Origin: Candidatus Limnocylindrales bacterium
GTDB taxonomy: Bacteria; Chloroflexota; Limnocylindria; Limnocylindrales; CSP1-4
Direction: 5' to 3'
DNA: 64,000 bases
NCBI GenBank assembly: GCA_036555445.1
Contig: DATBLH010000069.1
Coordinates: forward strand, 1,339 to 65,338
Made by a program: the position numbers and the translations under genes. Positions 45,387 to 52,267 of this stretch are shown here, one piece after another. Each line of letters opens with the position of its first letter. Position 1 is the stretch's first letter. The notes below the pieces were generated by a model. That model was not told the DNA's origin. It did not search any database and saw only the letters and a program-made list of their open reading frames with translations.

Positions 45387-45683
45387 TCAGGAAGGCTCCG
45401 GCCGCCGGGATCGGCGCTCCATCCACCGTTCCGGTGCCACGAGCGGCTCGAACCCGCCGTATCGCTCGTACAGGGTGGAGGCGTCGCGAGTCGCGAGCGC
45501 GAGGCGTCGGAGACCGTTCAATCTCGGATCGGCCACGACCGCTTCGACGAGTCGTGCCCCGACGCCGCGACCGCGCTCCGACTCGTCCACGAAGACGTCG
45601 CACAGCCAGCCAAACGTGGCCAGGTCGGTCACGACCCGGGCGAAGCCGACCTGACGGTTTCCACGCAGCGCGACGAAGCACAC
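45387..45683 (-). CDS. GNAT family N-acetyltransferase (as bounded by first canonical start; conserved N-terminus continues upstream without one)
   Basis: ...GFARVVTDLATFGWLCDVFVDESERGRGVGARLVEAVV (motif A). The same frame stays open upstream and encodes ...RISTDAAEIDFDWLHDALSTRAYWALGRSREQLQTAIEHS. Confidence 0.65.
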   Translation of the reverse strand: MCFVALRGNRQVGFARVVTDLATFGWLCDVFVDESERGRGVGARLVEAVVADPRLNGLRRLALATRDASTLYERYGGFEPLVAPERWMERRSRRPEPS

Positions 45684-45877
45684 TGAGTGCTCGATCGCCG
45701 TCTGCAGCTGCTCCCGGCTCCGGCCGAGCGCCCAGTAGGCGCGGGTGGACAGCGCGTCATGAAGCCAGTCGAAGTCGATCTCCGCCGCGTCGGTGCTGAT
45801 CCGGAGGACGTCACCCGAACGAGGTGCCTCCGGATCGACACCAGTCGGTCGAGTCAGCTTCCCACCCGCGTGCCGCG

Positions 45878-48472
45878 TCAGCTCCCGACTGGTTCTTTGG
45901 CCAGGTGGCGCTGCATGGCCGCCTTGCGCGAGAGGTTGATCCGGCCCTGGCGATCGATCTCGATCACCACGACCATCACCTCGTCACCCACGGAGACCAC
46001 GTCCTCCACCGTTGGGACGTGGTAGTCGGCCAGCTCACCGATGCGGACCAGGCCTTCCTTGCCCGGCAGAATCTCGACGAACGCCCCAAAGCCCATGATC
46101 CGGGTGACCTTGCCCAGGTAGAGCGAACCGATCTCGACCTCGCGGGTCAGGCTTTCGATCCACTGGATCGCCTTGCGCGAGTTCTCGCCGGAGACGGCCG
46201 CGATCTCGACCGAGCCATCGTCCTCCACGTTGATCTCGGTGCCCGTCTCTTCCTGGATCTTGCGGATCATCGAGCCGCCCTTGCCGATGATCTCGCGGAT
46301 CTTTTCGGGGTTGATCTTGATCGTGATGATCCGTGGCGCGAACTCGCTCATGTCGGAGCGGGCTTCCGGGATCACTTCGGCCATCTTGTCGAGGATCGTC
46401 AGGCGGGCAGCGAGAGCCTGCTTGAGGCCGTCACGGATGATCGCCTCACTGATCCCCTGGACCTTGATGTCCATCTGGAGTGCCGTCACGCCATCCCGGG
46501 TGCCGGTCACCTTGAAGTCCATGTCACCGATCGAGTCCTCTTTGCCGAGGATGTCGGTGAGGACGACGAACCGGCCATCGGGCTCCGTGATCAGGCCCAT
46601 CGCCGCACCGGCGACCGGTGCCTTGATCGGAACGCCGGCGTCCATGAGGGCGAGCGTCGAGCCGCACGTCGAGGCCATCGACGTGGAGCCGTTCGACGTC
46701 ACGCACTCGCTCACGAGGCGGATGACGTACGGGAACTCCTCCTGGGCCGGCAGGACCGGGACGAGTGCCCGTTCGGCAAGGTGTCCATGGCCGATATCGC
46801 GCCGGCTGGGTCCACGCATCATCTTGTTCTCGCCCGTGCTGTAGGGCGGGAAGTTGTAGTGGTGGAGGTAGCGCTTCTCGGTCTCGGGACTGATCGTGTC
46901 GATCCGCTGGACATCGGACGACGCCCCGAGCGTGGCCACCGTCAGCGCCTGGGTCTCACCGCGGGTGAACAGCCCCGAGCCGTGGGCGCGCGGGATGAGC
47001 CCGACCTCGACCGTGATCGGCCGAATATCCGTCAGCCCGCGGCCGTCGATCCGGATCCCTTCGTCGAGGACCAACCGGCGGACCGTCTTCTTCTGGAGCA
47101 GGTTGAACAGGCCCTTGCTCACGCGCGCCTCGCGCCTTGCCGCCTCGAGCAGGCCGGCGGTGTCACCGCCGGTGCGGTTGGCACGGACGGCATCGGCGAT
47201 CGACTCGCGCAGGGCGGCGATGCGGCCGGGCAGGTTGTTCGCGAACCACAACAGCAGGTTCGCGGTCGCCTCGGCGTCCGGGAGGGCCCGGTGATTCTGC
47301 GTCAGGTCGATCCCGAAGAATCGCGACAGGGTGTCCAGGCGGTAGTTTTCGAGATCCGGGTAGCCCTCGCGGGCGATGACCAGTGTGTCCAGGTAGCGAC
47401 CCGGCTCGATCCGGGTGCCGTCGCCCAGGGCCGCCTCGAGGAAGCCCAGGTCGAAGCCGACCGAGTGGCCGACGACCAGCGCGTCGCCCACGAAGTCCAG
47501 GCACTGACGGGCCGCTTCCGCGGGTGACGGTGCTCCGGAGACGTCGGCGTCGGTGATGCCGTGCATCTGGTTGCCCACGATCGGCCGACCGGGATTCACG
47601 AACGTCGACCAACGTTCGGTGATGTCGCCGCCACGCACGCGGACGGCGGCCACCTCGACCAGGTCGGCCGCATTGGGGCTCGTCCCGGTGGTCTCGACGT
47701 CGACGACCACGAACTCGCCGCCCGCCTCGGTCGCGGCGACGAAGTCGAGGACCGACCCGGTGCCCGGCTCGAGGTACGGGAGGCGCTTGGGCTTGCCGAC
47801 CGCCTCGCGCAGGCGCTCCTGGAGCTCGACGACGGGCTGCAACGAGCGATGACCGAACAGGATGGCCTCCGCCATCACGTCCTCAGGCAGCAGCTTCGCA
47901 CCGGCCTCGACCATCATGATCGCGTCGCGGGTGCCGGCAACGATCAGGTCGAGCTCGGACTCCTTGAGCTGGGCGTGGGTCGGGTTGATGACGAATTCGC
48001 CGTCGATGCGCCCGACGCGAACCGACGCGATCGGTCCGTTGAACGGGATCTCGCTGATCGTCAGCGCCGCCGAGGCCGCGATCGTGCCGATGACGTCCGG
48101 GTTGTTCTCCTGATCCGTGGACAGGACGGTGACGACCAGCTGGACGTCGTCCTTGTAGCCCTCGGGGAAGAGCGGACGGATCGGCCGGTCCGTCTGGCGG
48201 GCGGCGAGGATCGCGTTCTCCGACGGGCGCGCCTCACGCTTGATGAAGCCACCCGGGATCTTGCCGGCCGCGTACATCCGCTCCTCGAAGTCGACAGTAA
48301 GCGGGAAGAAGTCCAGGCCGGGCCGCGGCTCGGACCGGTTCGCGGTGCCGAGCACCATCGTGTCGCCGTAGCGGACGGTGACGGCGCCGCCGGCCAGGCG
48401 GGCGAGCCGGCCGGTCTCGACGGTCAGCGTGCGACCACCGAATTCGATCTCGTAGCGTGTGGGTTCGGGCAC
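45878..48472 (-). CDS. pnp: polyribonucleotide nucleotidyltransferase (PNPase) carrying an inserted exonuclease domain
   Basis: 864 aa. PH1 (FFPLTVDFEERMYAAGKIPGGFIKREARPSE), PH2 (IRIDGRGLTDIRPI...GSGLFTRGETQAL...GDMDFKV), KH (IGKGGSMIRKI) and S1 (YLGKVTRIMGFGAFVEI) are collinear with E. coli PNPase. GTG start with GGAGGA 10 nt upstream. Confidence 0.9.
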   Translation of the reverse strand: MPEPTRYEIEFGGRTLTVETGRLARLAGGAVTVRYGDTMVLGTANRSEPRPGLDFFPLTVDFEERMYAAGKIPGGFIKREARPSENAILAARQTDRPIRPLFPEGYKDDVQLVVTVLSTDQENNPDVIGTIAASAALTISEIPFNGPIASVRVGRIDGEFVINPTHAQLKESELDLIVAGTRDAIMMVEAGAKLLPEDVMAEAILFGHRSLQPVVELQERLREAVGKPKRLPYLEPGTGSVLDFVAATEAGGEFVVVDVETTGTSPNAADLVEVAAVRVRGGDITERWSTFVNPGRPIVGNQMHGITDADVSGAPSPAEAARQCLDFVGDALVVGHSVGFDLGFLEAALGDGTRIEPGRYLDTLVIAREGYPDLENYRLDTLSRFFGIDLTQNHRALPDAEATANLLLWFANNLPGRIAALRESIADAVRANRTGGDTAGLLEAARREARVSKGLFNLLQKKTVRRLVLDEGIRIDGRGLTDIRPITVEVGLIPRAHGSGLFTRGETQALTVATLGASSDVQRIDTISPETEKRYLHHYNFPPYSTGENKMMRGPSRRDIGHGHLAERALVPVLPAQEEFPYVIRLVSECVTSNGSTSMASTCGSTLALMDAGVPIKAPVAGAAMGLITEPDGRFVVLTDILGKEDSIGDMDFKVTGTRDGVTALQMDIKVQGISEAIIRDGLKQALAARLTILDKMAEVIPEARSDMSEFAPRIITIKINPEKIREIIGKGGSMIRKIQEETGTEINVEDDGSVEIAAVSGENSRKAIQWIESLTREVEIGSLYLGKVTRIMGFGAFVEILPGKEGLVRIGELADYHVPTVEDVVSVGDEVMVVVIEIDRQGRINLSRKAAMQRHLAKEPVGS
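47228..47722 (-). other. DEDDh 3'-5' exonuclease (DnaQ/RNase T-like) domain nested in pnp (aa about 251-415)
   Basis: Exo I FVVVDVETTG (D258, E260), Exo II VVGHSVGFDLGFL (D341) and Exo III NHRALPDAEATANLL (H394, D399), with canonical spacing (about 83 and about 53 aa). In frame, no stops, GC3 like the flanks. Confidence 0.75.
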
Positions 48473-48482
48473 GAGTGATCAA

Positions 48483-48501
48483 TCCTCCTGTTCGTGGAGG
48501 A
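48483..48501 (-). promoter_or_regulatory. hairpin pairing the pnp Shine-Dalgarno (TCCTCC-acgaaca-GGAGGA)
   Basis: A 6-bp perfect stem and 7-nt loop on the minus strand. The 3' arm is the GGAGGA that sits 10 nt upstream of the pnp GTG. Confidence 0.35.
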
Positions 48502-48586
48502 GGCGACGACCCGCGGCAGGGGCCACGGCCGGGACGGTCGTTGCGCGATCGGACCCCGGCGATGCCGGGGCCCTCGGGCAGCGATC

Positions 48587-48856
48587 CTAGCGGCGAAGAC
48601 CGAGCCGTGCGATCACGGCCCGGTAACGCGCGTTGTCCTTCCTCACCAGGTAGGCGAGGAGGCGTCGGCGCTGGCCCACGAGCTTGAGGAGGCCGCGGCG
48701 CGAATGGTTGTCCTTCGGGAAGCTTCGGAGATGGTCCGTGAGTCCCTTGATCCGCTCCGTCAGGAGTGCGATCTGGACCTCCGGGGAACCGGTATCGCCC
48801 TCTTTCGTGGCGTACCCGGTCATGATCTCCTGCTTCTGTTCCCGCGCGAGCGGCAC
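48587..48856 (-). CDS. rpsO: 30S ribosomal protein S15
   Basis: Start placed at GTG 48856 (GGAGGA 4 nt upstream), giving the canonical 89 aa. ...[17 protein letters not shown]...[20 protein letters not shown]...ARLGLRR. Confidence 0.9.
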   Translation of the reverse strand: MPLAREQKQEIMTGYATKEGDTGSPEVQIALLTERIKGLTDHLRSFPKDNHSRRGLLKLVGQRRRLLAYLVRKDNARYRAVIARLGLRR

Positions 48857-48922
48857 TCGGTCCTCCGACACGATCTGTCTGTGATTCTGCAATCCGTTCT
48901 GCTTATGACCGGCGGGATGGTA

Positions 48923-49732
48923 TCACACGACCTCGCTCACCCCGGACCCCGGAAAGGCAACCCGCAGGCGGGCTCCGGCCACAATCCGATCGATCCGAAT
49001 CGAGCCGCGCTCGACCGTCGCCCGCGCGTCCAGGCCCCTCGAACGGCGCCGCGCGGCCGGAAACGCCGCCACGGTGGCTCGATAGGATCCGTCGGGCGGC
49101 AGCGCCACGGGCATGCCGAAGCGAAGCCCGCCGTCATCCGGGTCGCCCACGACGGCATGTGAACGGCCGAGGAGCCGGCGGGCCTCCGCCAGGTCGCCAT
49201 CCGCGATCGCGCTCCGGATCGCAGAGCTGCTGATCGCGCGACCATCCACGATCAGCGGCCGGGCGATCGCGACCTCGTAGCGCAGCCGGCCCGATCGCCC
49301 GAGCTCGGCGACGGCGGCAGGCGTTCCCCGCCGTTCGAACCCGAACGCGGCGTCTGGCGTCATGACGAACCCCGCCAGATCGATCCGCCCGGCGATCCCA
49401 CGAACGAACGCGTCGTAGGGCGTGGACCGGAGTCGCTCGTCGAAGTGCTCGACCACGACGATCTCGACTCCCTCGCGTCCCAGCCGCCACAACCGCTCCT
49501 CGGGGTCGAGCAGGAGTGGCGGGGCGCTGCCCCGGATGACCTCGTCCGGATGATGGTCGAAGGTGATCACGGCCGCCCGCGCCCTCCATGCCGCCGCCTG
49601 CCGGACCAGGCGGCGAAGGAGGTGTCGGTGCCCCCGGTGGAGGCCGTCGAAGACGCCGATCGCGACCGCGAGACGCCCGGCCCTTGCCGGCAACCTCGCC
49701 ACGCCCGCCACGACCTCCGGGTGGTCGATCAT
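48923..49732 (-). CDS. ribF: FAD synthetase (RibF) with short, apparently degenerate C-terminal riboflavin-kinase-like domain
   Basis: Start at MIDHPEVV (ATG 49732), not ORF-track 50164. FMN-adenylyltransferase motif GVFDGLHRGHRHLL. In the C-terminal 79 aa, GMPVAL replaces G-F-P-T-A-N. Confidence 0.8.
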   Translation of the reverse strand: MIDHPEVVAGVARLPARAGRLAVAIGVFDGLHRGHRHLLRRLVRQAAAWRARAAVITFDHHPDEVIRGSAPPLLLDPEERLWRLGREGVEIVVVEHFDERLRSTPYDAFVRGIAGRIDLAGFVMTPDAAFGFERRGTPAAVAELGRSGRLRYEVAIARPLIVDGRAISSSAIRSAIADGDLAEARRLLGRSHAVVGDPDDGGLRFGMPVALPPDGSYRATVAAFPAARRRSRGLDARATVERGSIRIDRIVAGARLRVAFPGSGVSEVV

Positions 49733-49763
49733 CCGTCGGCGGCGTCGATCATCCGTCGGCGGC
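49724..49763. repeat. perfect 20-bp x2 tandem duplication spanning the truB stop / ribF start
   Basis: GTCGATCATCCGTCGGCGGC occurs at 49724-49743 and again at 49744-49763. On the coding strand each copy reads GCCGCCGACGGATGATCGAC and contains an ATGA. Confidence 0.95.
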
Positions 49764-50687
49764 CACGAACACCTTGTCCGGGGCGAGTCGCCCACCCCGG
49801 GCAGAGGCCATGCCGACCAGCCGCCCGTCGGGTGCCACGAGCCGGATCGGCCCCGTCGCGTCGGAGGGGGCGCCACCGCCCGGGGTGATGAAGCGTCCCC
49901 GTGCGACGTCCTGGACCTCGGCTTCCGAGAGCTCCACCACGGGAAGCGCTTCCAGCCCCGCGTCAGGAGGGAGGAGGAGTTCCGCGAACGCGGCCGCGCC
50001 CTCGCCAGCCGCGCCCCGGACCGCATCGACGGAGACGGCATGCTCGATCCGGAACGGACCGCTGGCGGTCCGGACCAGGGCCCCGAGATAGGCGGCACTG
50101 CCGACGGCGACCCCGAGGTCGCGCGCGAGCGCGCGGACGTAGGTCCCGGCCGAACATTCGACATCGATCACCGCGATCGGGCGTTCCAGATCCTGGTCAT
50201 TCCAGTCCACGAGGCCGATCGCGTGGATCGTGACCGCGCGCTCCGGGATCTTCACCGCCTCGCCCGCGCGGGCTCGCGCGTAGGCGCGCCGGCCGGCGAT
50301 CTTGATCGCCGAATGGGCCGGGGGTTGCTGCGCGATCTCTCCGACCATGTTCGCGAGGGCCGTTTCCACCGTTGGCCTCCCGGCAGGGGCCGGTGCGGGT
50401 TGCAGCTCGCCCTCGAGGTCATCGGTCGTGGACGACGCACCGAAGCACACGGTCGCGCGGTACGCCTTCCGATCGCGTGCGTGGTACTCGACGAGCCGGG
50501 TGGCCGACCCGAGGAACAGCGGCAGGACACCGGTCGCGAACGGATCCAGCGTCCCGCCATGCCCGATCCGGCGGGTACCCGCAAGACGCCGGACGAGCGC
50601 GACGACGTCGTGCGAGGTCGGCCCAGCCGGCTTGTCGACCACGAGGACACCGTCCGGGCCCGAGTGACGACCCGGGTCGTGCGCCAT
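49749..50687 (-). CDS. truB: tRNA pseudouridine(55) synthase
   Basis: GVLVVDKPAGPTSHDVV...GHGGTLDPFATGVL (catalytic Asp motif). Confidence 0.9.
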   Translation of the reverse strand: MAHDPGRHSGPDGVLVVDKPAGPTSHDVVALVRRLAGTRRIGHGGTLDPFATGVLPLFLGSATRLVEYHARDRKAYRATVCFGASSTTDDLEGELQPAPAPAGRPTVETALANMVGEIAQQPPAHSAIKIAGRRAYARARAGEAVKIPERAVTIHAIGLVDWNDQDLERPIAVIDVECSAGTYVRALARDLGVAVGSAAYLGALVRTASGPFRIEHAVSVDAVRGAAGEGAAAFAELLLPPDAGLEALPVVELSEAEVQDVARGRFITPGGGAPSDATGPIRLVAPDGRLVGMASARGGRLAPDKVFVAADG

Positions 50688-50692
50688 ACGCG

Positions 50693-51709
50693 CTACCTGC
50701 GGACGTGGGCGATGAGGCGCCGAGCCTCCGCCAGGACCGGCTCCGGTGCCTCGGCCAGCGGGAGCGCAATCGTGGCGCCGGCGGCACGAGCATGTCCCCC
50801 ACCCCCGAAGCGCCCGGTGACCACCGTGGCATCAACGCCGCCGGGTCGGGTGCGGACGCTGATCCGGGTCCCCGGCCCGGCCTCCTTGAACAGGATCGCC
50901 ACCTCGGCCGTCTCCGCCTGGGCGAGGAGATCGACGATCCCCTCGCTCTCGGCGGGTGACGTTCCCGTCACGCGGTGGTCGTCGTCGTCGAGCGTGGACC
51001 ACACGAGCCTGCCATCCAGGTCGCTGCGGAGTCGCTCGAGCACACGACCGAACAGCCGGAGCTGCCGGTCGGGCTTGGAGCGGTAGATCCGGCGCGTGAT
51101 GTCGGCCAGTGGGGCACCGGCATCCACCAGGGCCGCGGCGACCCTGAGGGTGCGGGAGGTCGCGTTCGGGTGGTTGAACGCGGCCGTGTCCATGACGATT
51201 CCGGCCATCAGCGCCGTCGCCAACCCACCGTCGCGCAGGTCGAGCGAGCAGCCGAGGCGGAGGGCCAGGAGGGCGACCATCTCGCACGTCGCCGCGCTCG
51301 CAGGATCGATCCAGTCCGGGGGTCCCGTGTTGGCATTCGAGGCGTGGTGATCGATGACAACCCGGGGCATGGCCTCGAGACGGGCGCGATGGCGATCCAT
51401 CACCGAGCCGGTCCGGTCGACCGGTCCGTCCGAGATCACGAGCAGGTCGTACTCGGCGTCGGGGTCGAGGTCATGGCGGACGGTCTCGATCCCGGGCACG
51501 AACCCGTACAGTGACGGGACGGGGTCGCTCGAGACGGGCGTCGCTCGTCCACCGAGCGCCTCGATCAGCCAGCACACCCCGAGCGACGCCCCGAGGGTGT
51601 CCGCGTCAGGGTTCTCGTGCGTCAGGGCGAGGACGTTCCTGGCTCTCCGAAGCGCGGTGACAAGCGTTTCCGGGATCGCGGCGACGTCACCCGCGAGCTC
51701 GTCGATCAC
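50693..51709 (-). CDS. nrnA: DHH-family phosphoesterase (NrnA-like oligoribonuclease / pAp phosphatase)
   Basis: 338 aa. ...LTHENPDADTLGASLG...VIDHHASN (DHH)...GGGHARAAGA (DHHA1 GGGH). Confidence 0.8.
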   Translation of the reverse strand: MIDELAGDVAAIPETLVTALRRARNVLALTHENPDADTLGASLGVCWLIEALGGRATPVSSDPVPSLYGFVPGIETVRHDLDPDAEYDLLVISDGPVDRTGSVMDRHRARLEAMPRVVIDHHASNANTGPPDWIDPASAATCEMVALLALRLGCSLDLRDGGLATALMAGIVMDTAAFNHPNATSRTLRVAAALVDAGAPLADITRRIYRSKPDRQLRLFGRVLERLRSDLDGRLVWSTLDDDDHRVTGTSPAESEGIVDLLAQAETAEVAILFKEAGPGTRISVRTRPGGVDATVVTGRFGGGGHARAAGATIALPLAEAPEPVLAEARRLIAHVRR

Positions 51710-52233
51710 CGACGCCGCGTCCCCGGGCGACGAGCGCGACCACCGTTGCGCGGACGGTGTCGTCCGGCGCGCCGGCCGGGCCGTTGAGCATCGCCCACCG
51801 GGCCCGGGACCTCCGGGGCATCACCCTCGAGCGGCAGCCGAGGGATCGGCGTGGGCAGGGATTCGGCCGACGCTTCGCTCGCGTCCGGGTCGTGACCCTC
51901 CTCGAGCTCCTGAAGCAGCTGCAGGACCCGGGTCCCCCGCTCGGCCGAGTCGTCGAGACGGACGTGGAATTCGGGGATTCGCTTGATGCGCAGCCGGCCG
52001 CCGAGTGCGCGCCGGACGAACGGCATCGCGTGCTCGAGCGCCGCGATCGTGGCGTCCCGCTCCGCGGGCTGGCCGATGACGCTCACCCAGACGCGCGCAT
52101 GGCGCAGATCGGGCGTCGTCTCGACATCGGTGACCGTGGCGAAGCCGACCCGGGGATCGGCGATCTCGCGTGCGAGGATTGCCCCGATCTCCTGCCGCAG
52201 CAGCTCGTCGACCCGTTCGGTCCGCTGGCTCAT
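51706..52233 (-). CDS. rbfA: ribosome-binding factor A with basic C-terminal tail
   Basis: Start at MSQRTERVDELLRQEIGAIL (ATG 52233), not ORF-track 52773. ...VTDVETTPDLRHARVWVSV...IPEFHVRLDDS. Confidence 0.85.
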   Translation of the reverse strand: MSQRTERVDELLRQEIGAILAREIADPRVGFATVTDVETTPDLRHARVWVSVIGQPAERDATIAALEHAMPFVRRALGGRLRIKRIPEFHVRLDDSAERGTRVLQLLQELEEGHDPDASEASAESLPTPIPRLPLEGDAPEVPGPVGDAQRPGRRAGRHRPRNGGRARRPGTRRR

Positions 52234-52267
52234 GCCGCGGGGAAATCGTGACCCGAAGACGTGCCGA

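Noticed and set aside
47228-47722. The pnp insert might be an intein, a mobile element or a mis-joined separate gene.
   Set aside because: There are no Cys/Ser/Thr at the junctions and no His-Asn end motif, so it is not intein-like. There are no repeats or recombinase. Both flanks are PNPase in the same frame, and the insert itself has a complete DEDDh motif set. Misassembly cannot be excluded without reads, but nothing in the sequence suggests it.
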